From IMG/VR virus record IMGVR_UViG_3300005002_000003: a stretch of 64,000 bases of DNA; one strand, given 5' to 3'. Of this stretch, positions 27,522 through 37,483 are shown piece by piece. The notes under the pieces were generated by a model. It searched no databases. It saw only the letters and a list, made by a program, of their open reading frames with translations, and had not been told where the DNA came from. This DNA is from an uncultured virus (IMG/VR IMGVR_UViG_3300005002_000003). Taxonomy: Duplodnaviria; Heunggongvirae; Uroviricota; Caudoviricetes. Each line of letters begins with the position of its first letter. Position 1 is the first letter of the stretch. Made by a program: the position numbers and the translations under genes.

Positions 27522-27890
27522 ATGGAAAACCTGAACCTCATCGTCATCGACGGAAATCTGACGGCCGACCCGGAATACAAACACGTCTCCAGCTCATCGG
27601 CGGTCTGCAACTTCACTGTTGCCAATAATCTCAGATCGTGGTCAGATAAGCCAGATGTTTCGTATTTCAAGGTTGAGGTCTGGGGGAAGCCCGGAGAAGC
27701 GGCCGCACAGTATTTGAAAAAAGGCAGTTCCGTGACGGTAACGGGGAGCATGGTTCAGCGGTCCTGGCAGGACCAGGAGGGCAAGAGGCAATACAGCTGG
27801 GCCCTGCGAGCCAGTAATATACGTTTCAATTCGAAACCTTCTCAGTCTGCTCGCCTTGAAGACCATGCGTCAGAAGACGAGTCGCCCTGA
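27522..27890 (+). CDS. ssb: Bacterial-type single-stranded DNA-binding protein
   Basis: NLIVIDGNLTADPE...CNFTVA...VEVWGK...YLKKGSSVTVTG...SWQDQEG. Confidence 0.93.
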   Translation: MENLNLIVIDGNLTADPEYKHVSSSSAVCNFTVANNLRSWSDKPDVSYFKVEVWGKPGEAAAQYLKKGSSVTVTGSMVQRSWQDQEGKRQYSWALRASNIRFNSKPSQSARLEDHASEDESP

Positions 27891-27900
27891 TTCTCAGACG

Positions 27901-28824
27901 ATGAACGGCAGATTTTATACGCAAACACTGTTGTTCTGCGACAGTGATCTCGACGGCACAGTGGGACGTTTGTGCTTCCAGTATTTCTGCATGCCATGCG
28001 AGATCATACAGACTCATGCCGCCGAGGTAGATGAGGTGGTGCGTAGCTCTTCTCTTGTGGGCTATGGAAGCATCGGCTTCGTGGATCTATGCGTGACGCC
28101 CGAGCACTGGAGTGATCTACGTGACCGACAGAATAAATCTCGCCTCTGGCTCTGGGATCACCATCCTCGTGCGCCAGAAATTCTCCAGAGTCCCGACGTC
28201 TTCTGGTCGGCGGAGCACTGTAGCGCAATGCTGGTATACAACTGGATGGCGGACGACACAAACCCCGTGTTACGTCGTCTGGTAGAACTCACTCAGGTCT
28301 ACGACACCTGGCAGTCGGGCAGTCCGGATTTTCGCGCGGCGCTGGATCTCAACAACATCCTGTACTTCTACACGGATCGCAATCCGGACGGTTTGAATCG
28401 TTTCGTAGAAACCCAGCTGGAGAAAGTCCGATTCCAGGACGAGTGGTATTTCACAGATGCTGAGGATTACATCATTCACAATGCTCGTCAGAAAGAAAAT
28501 CAGTCCTTTAAGCGCGTTAAGCGCACTGCTGTTATGAAAGAAGATCGCTCCGGCCGGCCCTATGTCTACATAGAAGCGGAACGCGCACAGGCATCGTTGA
28601 TGGCCTATCTGATTCAGCAGGAGTTCCTTGAGGCCGACTATGCGTGTGTGAAGCTCATGCTGAATAACGACCGCAATCAGTTCAGTCTTCGCACATCACG
28701 GCCCGATGTCGCCGTCAATACCATCGCGCGCCAGTATGGTGGCGGTGGGCACCGCGCCGCCGCAGGATTTTTACTGACAGATGAGGATTACATCGCCTAT
28801 CTGTCAGGACGAGCCAAATTATAG
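27901..28824 (+). CDS. DHH/DHHA1 phosphoesterase
   Basis: DSDLDG, DL, WDHH, SLR, GGGGHRAAAG. Confidence 0.9.
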   Translation: MNGRFYTQTLLFCDSDLDGTVGRLCFQYFCMPCEIIQTHAAEVDEVVRSSSLVGYGSIGFVDLCVTPEHWSDLRDRQNKSRLWLWDHHPRAPEILQSPDVFWSAEHCSAMLVYNWMADDTNPVLRRLVELTQVYDTWQSGSPDFRAALDLNNILYFYTDRNPDGLNRFVETQLEKVRFQDEWYFTDAEDYIIHNARQKENQSFKRVKRTAVMKEDRSGRPYVYIEAERAQASLMAYLIQQEFLEADYACVKLMLNNDRNQFSLRTSRPDVAVNTIARQYGGGGHRAAAGFLLTDEDYIAYLSGRAKL

Positions 28825-28837
28825 AAGAGGGTCACTG

Positions 28838-29008
28838 ATGAAACACAGAGAGAAACGAAAATCCGGCTTGACACCGGAACAATTTCGTAAAAACATTCAG
28901 AAGAGTTTTCTGAGCAAGCAATACAGGCAGAGCGGATATGTCAAACCGCTGGTCCTGAAGTCTCAGCGAAATAAGGAGCAAGTAAATGACAACCAAGACA
29001 CAAACTGA
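28838..29008 (+). CDS. Small basic protein
   Basis: GAGG SD, operon position. Confidence 0.45.
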   Translation: MKHREKRKSGLTPEQFRKNIQKSFLSKQYRQSGYVKPLVLKSQRNKEQVNDNQDTN

Positions 29009-29654
29009 AACACGCAAGGTCTTTCTACTAGATCCCGCGAAGTGTCGGCTCGCGCCGGAACTCGCCCGCATCCAGAAGGCCATGCCAACTGCGCCCGAAG
29101 ACAAGGAGTCGATCTTTGAGTCGATCGCACGCGAAGGCCGCGTAAGAGACTCGGTCAAGGGATATTTCAAGGACAACACGTTCTTCATTTTGTCGGGCTG
29201 GACGCGACGTGAGGGCGCCATTAAAGCCGGGATCAAACTTCCATGTGAGGAAGTAGAAATCGCCGGAGGCGAACAAAGAGCATTCTTTGCGGCGACGGAA
29301 AATACTCATCGCCGGCAGATGACCATTGAGAGCAAGCGCGGGCTCGTTAGAGCTATGCTCATGGAGTATTACATGCAGGGAAACCGGCCGATTGCCAGAG
29401 CATGCGGCGTATATCCAAAAATCGTGGAGAGCATACGCGCTCAACTCATCAAGGAACACAAGATCCCCGAGAGTCACTTCATCATGACCGCGCATGGCAA
29501 ACTTCGGGCAGTGAAAAACGTCGTGTCTCCGCAGACCATGATTCAGCGATTGACCACGCGCATCGCAGTCAATGAAGAGAGGATCGTGGCGCTTCAGGCC
29601 GTCATCAAGCAGGACCACAAGCGTATCAACGCGCTTCGTAAGGATCTGCGGTGA
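28986..29654 (+). CDS. ParB-like N-terminal domain protein
   Basis: ESIAREG...ILSGWTRREG...ENTHRRQMT...IARACGV. Confidence 0.75.
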   Translation: MTTKTQTETRKVFLLDPAKCRLAPELARIQKAMPTAPEDKESIFESIAREGRVRDSVKGYFKDNTFFILSGWTRREGAIKAGIKLPCEEVEIAGGEQRAFFAATENTHRRQMTIESKRGLVRAMLMEYYMQGNRPIARACGVYPKIVESIRAQLIKEHKIPESHFIMTAHGKLRAVKNVVSPQTMIQRLTTRIAVNEERIVALQAVIKQDHKRINALRKDLR

Positions 29655-31522
29655 TCTTCCGTCGCCTGAGTCTGCGGAGATTCAAACGCATTCCGGGGGA
29701 GGTAAACATCCTCCTCCGGCCAGGCGTGAACGTCTTGCGCGGGGACAACAACAGCGGGAAAACTTCCTCCATTGAGGGGCTCACCCTGGCTGTCACTGGC
29801 TACGCCGAGTCCAATCTGGCGGATTTCGTCAATGACAGCAGTGGAGCAAAAACCTACGAGATAGAGACAGATTTCGTCGAAGACGGAGCTGACTACGCGC
29901 TGTACCTCCAGGCCGGTGTTGAGCGCACCAAAAAAACTCTTTCGCGCAACGGAGAGTTGCTGGCCGAAGGCGCCACAGCAGTGAATGAGATTCTCGGTAC
30001 CTTGATGGATACAGACCTCGCACTGTACGGAAGCATTGCGCTCCAGCATCGCACGACATCCGTCATCTTTGATGACGCCGCGCCACGTCTTCAGCGGTTG
30101 AAGTCCGTACTGGGGATGGACACCGTAAGCAAGGCAGTTGAACTCCTGAAGGCCCGTGCCAAGACCTGCAAAGACAATGCGTCCGAAGCCCGGGCGGTCC
30201 TGAAGACCCTTCAGGCCATGCGGTTTGACGACATGCAGATCCCGGAGTCCCGGGAAGACCCACAGGTGATCGATCGCTTTCAGGAAGCGCAGAAGGCCTA
30301 CGAAGAGTATCTGAAACTCAGAGAAGAACACGTAAAGGCCATTGCGGCCGTAGACCAGAAGCGACAGGAGTTTGAGAAAGCCAGGCAGGCGCACGACAGT
30401 CAGTGCCGTGCTTACAAAAAAGCCCAGGACGCCGTGGCATCGAAGGCTTCCCTGCTGGCGTCGGAGAAAGTCAAGCTGGTTGCGATAGCGGATGTCCAGC
30501 CTCTGGAAACAGAAGAACGCACAGCCACCTTGCGCATACAGCAGATCCAGTCAGAGATCGTTTCATGTGAAACGAAGCTCAAGCTCATCGCCTCCGGAAA
30601 ATGCTCGCAGTGCGCGCAGGACTACATCGGCGATCCCCTGCCGTTGCAAAAGCAGGTTGAGGAGCTTCGCTCGGAACTCCAGGTGTTGCAACCCAGGGTG
30701 AAAGTTCTGAGTGCGGAGATCAAGACCCTGCGCGCGGCGTACGTTAAGAATCAGCAGGTGCGGGCCGTGATTCAACAAGCACAGGTTGAGCTGGAGAAAC
30801 TGCGCAAGGAATTACAAGCGCTTCCCGACCCCGGAGGTGCTCCAACTCAGGAGCCTCTATCCTATCCCCCGCCGCCGGAATTTGATATCGAAGGCTATCG
30901 TAAACTGGAAGCGCGTGCCCGTGCCTATCGGGATTTCGAACGCGAGGTAAGAGCCGCACTGGACTTCAACCTCGCGCAAGAGAAACAGCGCCTGCGGAAT
31001 GCCGCAGATATCACGCTGAAGACTGCGGAACTGGAGGAACTCACTCAGGCCCAGACAGTGGCGGAAAAATCCCGTGGCCTGCTGGAGAAAGAGTTCAGTG
31101 CCTACCTGCTGGAGTCTGGCCTGGCATTCGTGGAGAAACGTATGAATGAGTTCTTCGCGAGGTTTAGCGACCATCGCGTGAGCATCAAGCGCGACCATAA
31201 GAGCGTGGAGTTCTTCTTCAGCAGTGGAGACGGCCAGTTCACGCCAGCTGTTTTGCTGGGCGGCGCCTACCGACAGATCCTTTCCATGGCGTTCCGGCTC
31301 GCGCTCTGCGCATTGCAGGGGTCGGAATTCATCATTCTTGATGAAGTTGACGCCAGCACGACTGAAAGCAACAGTGCCAGACTGTTCGCCAATGCGGTGG
31401 CTTTCGCTCCAGGCGTCAAGCAGTGGATCATTGTGACGCATCGGCAGGACACCGTTGACATGCTGGTCTCCGACTTTGGGGCCCATGTTGTGGAGTTACG
31501 CAACGGGGAGGTTGTGGAATGA
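29651..31522 (+). CDS. SbcC/Rad50/T4 gp46-like ATPase
   Basis: GDNNSGKTS Walker A, coiled coil, CSQC zinc hook, IILDEVD, VTH. Confidence 0.92.
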   Translation: MIFRRLSLRRFKRIPGEVNILLRPGVNVLRGDNNSGKTSSIEGLTLAVTGYAESNLADFVNDSSGAKTYEIETDFVEDGADYALYLQAGVERTKKTLSRNGELLAEGATAVNEILGTLMDTDLALYGSIALQHRTTSVIFDDAAPRLQRLKSVLGMDTVSKAVELLKARAKTCKDNASEARAVLKTLQAMRFDDMQIPESREDPQVIDRFQEAQKAYEEYLKLREEHVKAIAAVDQKRQEFEKARQAHDSQCRAYKKAQDAVASKASLLASEKVKLVAIADVQPLETEERTATLRIQQIQSEIVSCETKLKLIASGKCSQCAQDYIGDPLPLQKQVEELRSELQVLQPRVKVLSAEIKTLRAAYVKNQQVRAVIQQAQVELEKLRKELQALPDPGGAPTQEPLSYPPPPEFDIEGYRKLEARARAYRDFEREVRAALDFNLAQEKQRLRNAADITLKTAELEELTQAQTVAEKSRGLLEKEFSAYLLESGLAFVEKRMNEFFARFSDHRVSIKRDHKSVEFFFSSGDGQFTPAVLLGGAYRQILSMAFRLALCALQGSEFIILDEVDASTTESNSARLFANAVAFAPGVKQWIIVTHRQDTVDMLVSDFGAHVVELRNGEVVE

Positions 31523-32616
31523 AAATCCGAGCAGAAGTTCTGGCACGAGTGGTAGCTGTGATGTCGCGCCTGGCGGATCAGCTACAGGCTCATCACAATC
31601 GTATCCGTGTTCGAGTAACCGAACAGCAATTGCAAATTCAACTGCTGTCTGCGGCGGCGATCGTGCGCTACACCGCGCCGCATGAGACCGCTACGCCGTT
31701 CGAAGCCATCTATCCGGTAGCCACCCTGGCTTCCTTGAGCCGACTGACTGATGCGCACCAGGAGCTGGTGACGCTGGGGGTGCGCGATCTGAAGTTCTCC
31801 GGAGCCACTTACAGCATGCCGGCTTTCAAGATGCGCTACCCCGAGAAGTCGTTATGTGATGTTCTGGAGACTCTGGTGCCGTTCCAGACCGACCATCTGG
31901 CCGACGTGAAGAGCCTTGCAGACCTGTTACCGTTTACCGGAAAAACGCATGGCTATGCCGGTGTCGCGCTGTTCTGCGACGAAACCGCTATTGCCAGCGA
32001 CAGCCGCACACTGGCTGTAGTCAGGCAACATACCGGGCACAAGGTGGCGCAACCCGTATTATACGGCGTGGAGATTATCAAGACCCTGGCGGCTCTGGGA
32101 CTCACGGAGTCCGTGACGGTGAACTACCTGCGAGCCGCAGACACCGTGATACAAAACTTCAGTGCCGAAGGGATGGAATTCTGGTTTCCACTTCGGCAAA
32201 CTCTTGCGATTCAGAACACGCCGGCTGACGAGCGCAGACAGATATTCGATCATCCATCCAGACTGTGTCTCTCATACGACAGCACTGTCACTGCACTTAC
32301 GCGCTTGCTGGTGGCCGCAGACAAAAGCATGGACCACCAGCTGTTTCTGACGATCAGGCCGGAAGGTGTAGCACTGGAGCATCGAAGCTCGAAATCATTC
32401 GCGTCCGAGCAGTTACAGGCCAGCGGGGATCTCGACGCGCTGACTGGTTTCGATAGAGCAATTCCGGGCCTGTATCTTAAACGAGCGTTAGGCGCCCTGA
32501 AGAAAGGGAGTGGAAACATCGTATTCCATCTTCGTGATCCCGGGCACCACATTCATGCCACACGGATACATCGAGATGATGAGAATTTTTATTTCGTGAT
32601 GGGGTTCCGCAAATGA
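31519..32616 (+). CDS. Probable sliding clamp (DnaN-like)
   Basis: 365 aa, IASDSRTLA resembles the beta-clamp VATDGHRLA motif; replication operon context. Confidence 0.55.
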   Translation: MKIRAEVLARVVAVMSRLADQLQAHHNRIRVRVTEQQLQIQLLSAAAIVRYTAPHETATPFEAIYPVATLASLSRLTDAHQELVTLGVRDLKFSGATYSMPAFKMRYPEKSLCDVLETLVPFQTDHLADVKSLADLLPFTGKTHGYAGVALFCDETAIASDSRTLAVVRQHTGHKVAQPVLYGVEIIKTLAALGLTESVTVNYLRAADTVIQNFSAEGMEFWFPLRQTLAIQNTPADERRQIFDHPSRLCLSYDSTVTALTRLLVAADKSMDHQLFLTIRPEGVALEHRSSKSFASEQLQASGDLDALTGFDRAIPGLYLKRALGALKKGSGNIVFHLRDPGHHIHATRIHRDDENFYFVMGFRK

Positions 32617-33245
32617 CACGACACGGCAAACCAGAAGAAACGCCGCCGAAAAACTCCTGGCTATCGGATGAGGCATACCTCAACTCCAGGCGCGGACTGG
32701 ATCGCGACTACCTGCAAAGCGTGGCGCACGAAGTCAAGCGATGTGTCAGCGGCTTCCCGGTTCCACTGGTAACCACCTATGACAACAGCAATCGAGTGAT
32801 CCGGTGCAATGTAGGCCCCTATACGTACGACATCAATCTGCAAGACAATCCGGCTCCTGAGGACATACACCAGAAACTCACATCGGCGTTTGAGGACCGG
32901 TTCCCGCATTATCGTGTAGACACTGGAGAAACAGTTGCTGTTCTGCTGGATGCCGCCGAACTTGCCGAGATGGTGCGCTCGGGGGAGATCCACGCTGAAG
33001 ATATCTTCAATCAAAAGCGTGAGGTGCCACGAATTGAGACCGGCCGTATTATGTTCATCTGGATGAATGATAAGTTCCTGCTGGCTCGCAGTTTCACTGG
33101 AGATGACGACAGGCAAGAGATCCGCATCGCACATCAACCCGTGATCATGTTTCTCAAGGCCGTGCGGAAGATTCAGGATGAGCGCGAACGAAGAGATTTT
33201 ATCCTGCTCAATTCAACTTTCATCAAGGCGGCAGAAGAGAGATGA
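32613..33245 (+). CDS. Hypothetical protein
   Basis: ATGA-coupled in the replication operon. Confidence 0.7.
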   Translation: MTRHGKPEETPPKNSWLSDEAYLNSRRGLDRDYLQSVAHEVKRCVSGFPVPLVTTYDNSNRVIRCNVGPYTYDINLQDNPAPEDIHQKLTSAFEDRFPHYRVDTGETVAVLLDAAELAEMVRSGEIHAEDIFNQKREVPRIETGRIMFIWMNDKFLLARSFTGDDDRQEIRIAHQPVIMFLKAVRKIQDERERRDFILLNSTFIKAAEER

Positions 33246-33673
33246 AGATTCATGCCGCAGGACGTGAATTTGATCTGGAGAAACAGCGGCTGATTCTGGA
33301 TCTCGCGTTCCTGACCGAGGACACGATTGCCGACATCATGAAGCTGGTCGATGAGCCAGGGCTGTTGAGCTTCGAGGTAAAGTTATCCAAGCGCACGGAA
33401 GAAATAGAGGACATTCAGCGCAACATCTGGTTCATGTATGTGTCCTGGGTTCTTCGCCAGCAGAATGCGCCGGTGAACCGTGCGACAGTCAACTCCTTAA
33501 GCAACGACTGGAAATGTGTTTACCTGCCGGCCAGTACTATTACCATCAACGGCAAGGAGATCCCGGTTCCTGAAGCCAGCCTGGCCAGAGGGAAGAACGA
33601 GATCAGTCCTGAACGTATGAACTTTGCACTCGCGAGAATCAAATATGACTACAGCATCCCGGACAAAATCTGA
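33242..33673 (+). CDS. Hypothetical, weakly NinB-like
   Basis: QRNIWF...WKCVYL pattern. Confidence 0.55.
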   Translation: MKIHAAGREFDLEKQRLILDLAFLTEDTIADIMKLVDEPGLLSFEVKLSKRTEEIEDIQRNIWFMYVSWVLRQQNAPVNRATVNSLSNDWKCVYLPASTITINGKEIPVPEASLARGKNEISPERMNFALARIKYDYSIPDKI

Positions 33674-34397
33674 TGAGCCCTACATCTACGAAATTGATCC
33701 CGCCACTGGCGAGACCTACTCCGCGCGGAACCCGAACTTCAATCCCCCAAAGCAATTCTACAAATCTCTCTTAGAGAAGAGCGGCATCCCGCGCGAGTAT
33801 CACAATCTGGAATTTGTAGACATCCGTAAGAATTTTGTGAAGTCGAAGCAGAGCTTCCTGCGGGCCATGAACTACATCCGCCATCTGCACGACCCCGCAG
33901 TACAGAAGAAATCCCTGTATCTCTGGGGGCCAAATAACAGCGGGAAGACCAGCGTGGCATGCGCTATCGGCCGGGGGTTTCTGAAAGCCAGCCTGAGTGT
34001 GCGCTACGTGCTGGCCGGAGACCTCGCGCTCCTCTTCCATGAGAGCTTCTCATATGAAGCACAGGATCTCAAGCAGGATCTGCGTGCGGCAGAGCTGGTG
34101 GACCTGCTGATCATCGACGAAGTCTTTGATGAAACCAAGTCGTTTTTATATCAGAACCGAAGTAAAATGATTGCGGCCTGGGACAGGATGTTGCGAAGTC
34201 GTCTTTCCAACGGTCGCCGAACGATTTTCCTCTCCAACGTTGAGCTGGAGAAATCCAGGGCGTGGTCTCGGGGGATTTTTGCGTTGCTGGACAGACATTG
34301 TCTGCCCTTGTTGTTTGAGGACGACGTCAGGTCTCTTCAACACGAGACGCAGAAGGTCATGGAAATCTTAGACAAACCGGGGAGGGCAAAAGCATGA
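33645..34397 (+). CDS. DnaC/IstB-like AAA+ ATPase (helicase loader-like)
   Basis: SGIPREY, LYLWGPNNSGKT, DLLIIDE, R...TIFLSN. Confidence 0.85.
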   Translation: MTTASRTKSDEPYIYEIDPATGETYSARNPNFNPPKQFYKSLLEKSGIPREYHNLEFVDIRKNFVKSKQSFLRAMNYIRHLHDPAVQKKSLYLWGPNNSGKTSVACAIGRGFLKASLSVRYVLAGDLALLFHESFSYEAQDLKQDLRAAELVDLLIIDEVFDETKSFLYQNRSKMIAAWDRMLRSRLSNGRRTIFLSNVELEKSRAWSRGIFALLDRHCLPLLFEDDVRSLQHETQKVMEILDKPGRAKA

Positions 34398-34753
34398 AGG
34401 TAGACGAGTTCAATGCGATACTGGACAACACTCTGAATCTAATCAATACAACCATGCGCGCTAAGCGCGGGGAATACGCGACAGATCGAGATGTCTTGCA
34501 CAATTTCAAGAATGCTCATAAGCAGTTCCCCATGGGCTCAGACGATTCCCCGGGTCAAGCTCTCATGGGTATGGCGCGCAAGCACTGGACATCCATTTAC
34601 GACATCACTACAGGAGTTACGCCAGCCACGCCTGCGGTGATCGATGAAAAATTTGGAGACGCACTGTGCTACCTGATTTTGCAGAAAGCATGGTTGCTGG
34701 AGCAAATGGGGACGGCATCGCGCGACAGCTCTCCGTTGGAGGTTGCCCAATGA
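34394..34753 (+). CDS. All-alpha NTP-pyrophosphatase-like / nucleotide-modification-associated protein
   Basis: KRGEYA...DVLHNFK...KH...EKFGDALCYLIL. Confidence 0.65.
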   Translation: MKVDEFNAILDNTLNLINTTMRAKRGEYATDRDVLHNFKNAHKQFPMGSDDSPGQALMGMARKHWTSIYDITTGVTPATPAVIDEKFGDALCYLILQKAWLLEQMGTASRDSSPLEVAQ

Positions 34754-35046
34754 GAGCCAGGGCATTCGCACGGCGCCTGTGGAAGCGGTTGAACGAGCGG
34801 TCATTTGCGCTGGAATACACAGCGGCGTCGTCTACTCTCGCGCGTGTACAGAAAACCAGAGAAGACGGGCGCTACCGGCACATTGTGCAGGCGGTTAGAT
34901 TTCAGAACTTCCCGACTTTACTGTGGTCCGAATTTCGTCGCGAGCCGATTGTTCCAGCGGTGTCCCGCAAGCCAGCTGTCAAAACCCTGAGCCAGAAACG
35001 CATCGCCAAAAGGGCGGCGCGACAGGGCAGAAAATCCCGGCGGTAG
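34750..35046 (+). CDS. Basic hypothetical protein
   Basis: GGAGGT SD, ATGA coupling. Confidence 0.55.
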   Translation: MRARAFARRLWKRLNERSFALEYTAASSTLARVQKTREDGRYRHIVQAVRFQNFPTLLWSEFRREPIVPAVSRKPAVKTLSQKRIAKRAARQGRKSRR

Positions 35047-35100
35047 TCCTCTTTCAACGTTTGAGTTTAGCTGGGTCACTTCACTACTCTCCGTGGCGGG

Positions 35101-35125
35101 AAACCTCCCGGAGAGGAGGTTTTTT
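35101..35125 (+). terminator. Terminator-like hairpin containing the next gene's SD
   Basis: AAACCTCC-CGGAGA-GGAGGTTT-TTT directly before ATG 35126. Confidence 0.6.
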
Positions 35126-35422
35126 ATGCAACTACAACTTGTTCGATTTTCCCGGGGAAACTTTGTTCTGGCGGAGCCGGTGTCGATATGCGCTCTGGAA
35201 GAAGAGTTCTATGACTGGTTGTGTGAGGTATGTCGCGGCGGCAACTCTGAGATCAAGGCCGAAGGGGAGCTGGGGTCGATCTGGCGCCCAAGGAATTTTG
35301 AAACCGTGTGGGAGGCGTTATACCGGCATCCGGAATTTTCTATCCACAACATGGATCGCTGGACATATCTGTTGAAGCAACTAGAAGCGGACCCCACGCT
35401 CTACCTCGATCTTTTCTACTAG
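35126..35422 (+). CDS. Hypothetical protein
   Basis: GGAGGT SD. Confidence 0.6.
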   Translation: MQLQLVRFSRGNFVLAEPVSICALEEEFYDWLCEVCRGGNSEIKAEGELGSIWRPRNFETVWEALYRHPEFSIHNMDRWTYLLKQLEADPTLYLDLFY

Positions 35423-35435
35423 CTTCGGGAAAGTG

Positions 35436-35463
35436 TTGACAAAATCTCTACGAGAGATATAGT
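35436..35463 (+). promoter_or_regulatory. Sigma70-like promoter, probably giving a leaderless transcript
   Basis: TTGACA-16 nt-TATAGT, ATG 7 nt downstream. Confidence 0.75.
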
Positions 35464-35470
35464 TGTTTCT

Positions 35471-36130
35471 ATGAGACGAATGAACTTCAGGATCTCAGAG
35501 CGACAAGAGACCGCTCTTCTTTATCGACTTCTGGAATACACAGCACAGCCTCAGATAGTCGCGGCCTTGCTTCAAGCAATTCAGGGGCTCTCCTATGCTT
35601 TGATTGGAGGAGGTGCGGTTTCGCTGTATTCCGGCGGACGCAGAACGATCTCCAGGAATGACATGGACCTGCTGGTTAGCGATACCGAAGTAGAGTTTGT
35701 ATCTGCGGCAATGCGCGCACAGGGGTTCGTCTTTATGCGCCACAATGACTTTGACGGGAAATCCTGGCTGGTGTTTGCCTATGGGACCAGCGGACCCGCT
35801 GACGCCACGCAGGAAGTAGACATCGCTATTGCCAGCGACTCCCTGTCTCGTCAGGGCATAGCTGATGCTCGCGCAATGTCTCTGGACGGCGCACTGGTAA
35901 AAGTGGTCGCACCAGAAGTCCTGCTGACAATGAAGATAATCGCGGGGCGCGAAAAGGATCATCGAGATATCCTCTACGTACTGAAGTCGGTAGATGTGGC
36001 AGTCATTCAGGCCGCGCGAAAACTTGTTCAGCGTTATGCGGAAGCCCGCATCGAAGAGTTCGACCAGCTTGTGGAGGACGCGAGCTTGTTTGACTTTGAC
36101 CTGATAGGACAAATGAAGGTCGAGGACTGA
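35471..36130 (+). CDS. Nucleotidyltransferase (DUF6036/AbiEii-like)
   Basis: YALIGGGAV...NDMDLLV...VDI...PEVLLTMK...REKDHRD. Confidence 0.8.
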   Translation: MRRMNFRISERQETALLYRLLEYTAQPQIVAALLQAIQGLSYALIGGGAVSLYSGGRRTISRNDMDLLVSDTEVEFVSAAMRAQGFVFMRHNDFDGKSWLVFAYGTSGPADATQEVDIAIASDSLSRQGIADARAMSLDGALVKVVAPEVLLTMKIIAGREKDHRDILYVLKSVDVAVIQAARKLVQRYAEARIEEFDQLVEDASLFDFDLIGQMKVED

Positions 36131-36134
36131 TCAG

Positions 36135-37256
36135 ATGGCCAAATTGAAAGTTGGTCAGGTATGGAGATACAAAACCCACTCGCCTCCCGTGCAGGACTGG
36201 CTGATTGTGGGGTTTGGCAGAACTGGTGTTCCTAAACTCCGCAACAATGAGGGAGAAGTATATGATTTTGATCTGCTCCAGAATTTGCAGGACCACTACC
36301 TCCTCTCTGAGTGGGACGGCAAACTACGACCGGGGCAGAGATGGGAATGGCGGCCCGGCTCTTGCGGTAACTGGGTAGAATTCACCATTGATCACTCCTG
36401 TTACCCGAAGCTTCCCGAGGGACAACTTCCTCTTGATCAGTATTCAGAGACCTCGTTGCAAAACCACTGCCGAACTCATTTACAACAGCCTCTTGAATTC
36501 CTGAGATATCTTGGAGAGGCAACGGAGAACGAAATGCGCGGACAGGCGTCTCTACGAGTAGAGAGCGCCCCGGATGATACTTCGTCTTTCGATGATATCT
36601 CTGCTTACCGGGAGCAATTATTGAAACTTGCGGGGTTGCCACTTGAATTCTGGAAAAATGACGCCTTAAACAACACTGGAGAAGACAACATGAACAGACT
36701 AAAGATCACGGAAGTAACACTGGAGGATGTCAAGCCTTCTATCATCAAAGCCAGATACGACTCACTGGCAAATGCATTCGGATATTCCGGAGAAGAAGTG
36801 GACGGGAAGATTTATTTTCGCACTCCCGGGAAACTGGTAGGAGAATTTGAAGTCACTCCGGAATCCTTAAAAGAGCTTTTCCGTAAGCGTATTACAGAAG
36901 GCGATCCAAACGTTATCACCTTCGCCATCGAGTGCGGCGTTCTTACTGGAGGTCGCTTTGTGTCACCAAGCAGTAGCTACCTTTACACCTGTAAGAACTG
37001 CGGTCAGGCCTTCTATACCGCTGGCTATCGCTGTGGCCGCTGTGGCCGCGACAGCAGACTCGACAAGCCCGCTGACGAGATTCTTCACCTCCTTACCGGA
37101 GTAGAGGAGGACTGCTACAGCAAGGCCCCAGCCCAGGTTTCGCTGTCTGTCAATCGTGCGCGGGAGCGTATCAAGGAGATCCTCTCTCAGCACATCCTGA
37201 TCCCCCGTGCTCCAGAGGATCTCGGAACACTGGAGTTTGAGGACGACCTCTCATGA
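36135..37256 (+). CDS. Mosaic protein with internal start at 36690 and a C-terminal zinc finger
   Basis: KVGQVWR N-terminus; FRTPGKLVG domain shared with 56145..56873; CKNC/CGRC. Confidence 0.7.
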   Translation: MAKLKVGQVWRYKTHSPPVQDWLIVGFGRTGVPKLRNNEGEVYDFDLLQNLQDHYLLSEWDGKLRPGQRWEWRPGSCGNWVEFTIDHSCYPKLPEGQLPLDQYSETSLQNHCRTHLQQPLEFLRYLGEATENEMRGQASLRVESAPDDTSSFDDISAYREQLLKLAGLPLEFWKNDALNNTGEDNMNRLKITEVTLEDVKPSIIKARYDSLANAFGYSGEEVDGKIYFRTPGKLVGEFEVTPESLKELFRKRITEGDPNVITFAIECGVLTGGRFVSPSSSYLYTCKNCGQAFYTAGYRCGRCGRDSRLDKPADEILHLLTGVEEDCYSKAPAQVSLSVNRARERIKEILSQHILIPRAPEDLGTLEFEDDLS

Positions 37257-37483
37257 AACGAATCGCGGTTCGCGGAGACACGTTCTGGAATGCAGAAGCG
37301 CGCCAGCGCACAGCGGAACGTCTGCGCACCACTCGCAGACAGTTACGGATCACGGATCGTTTTTATGAGCATGCCATGCGAGAAGCGAACAGGTGTGCCG
37401 TCTATGATTTGTATCTATGCGATGTAGTTGTAAGACAGGAAGCAGTGCAGAGGGTGAGAGATGCGAGTCAAAATCGGAAATAA
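37253..37483 (+). CDS. Hypothetical protein
   Basis: ATGA-coupled. Confidence 0.45.
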   Translation: MKRIAVRGDTFWNAEARQRTAERLRTTRRQLRITDRFYEHAMREANRCAVYDLYLCDVVVRQEAVQRVRDASQNRK

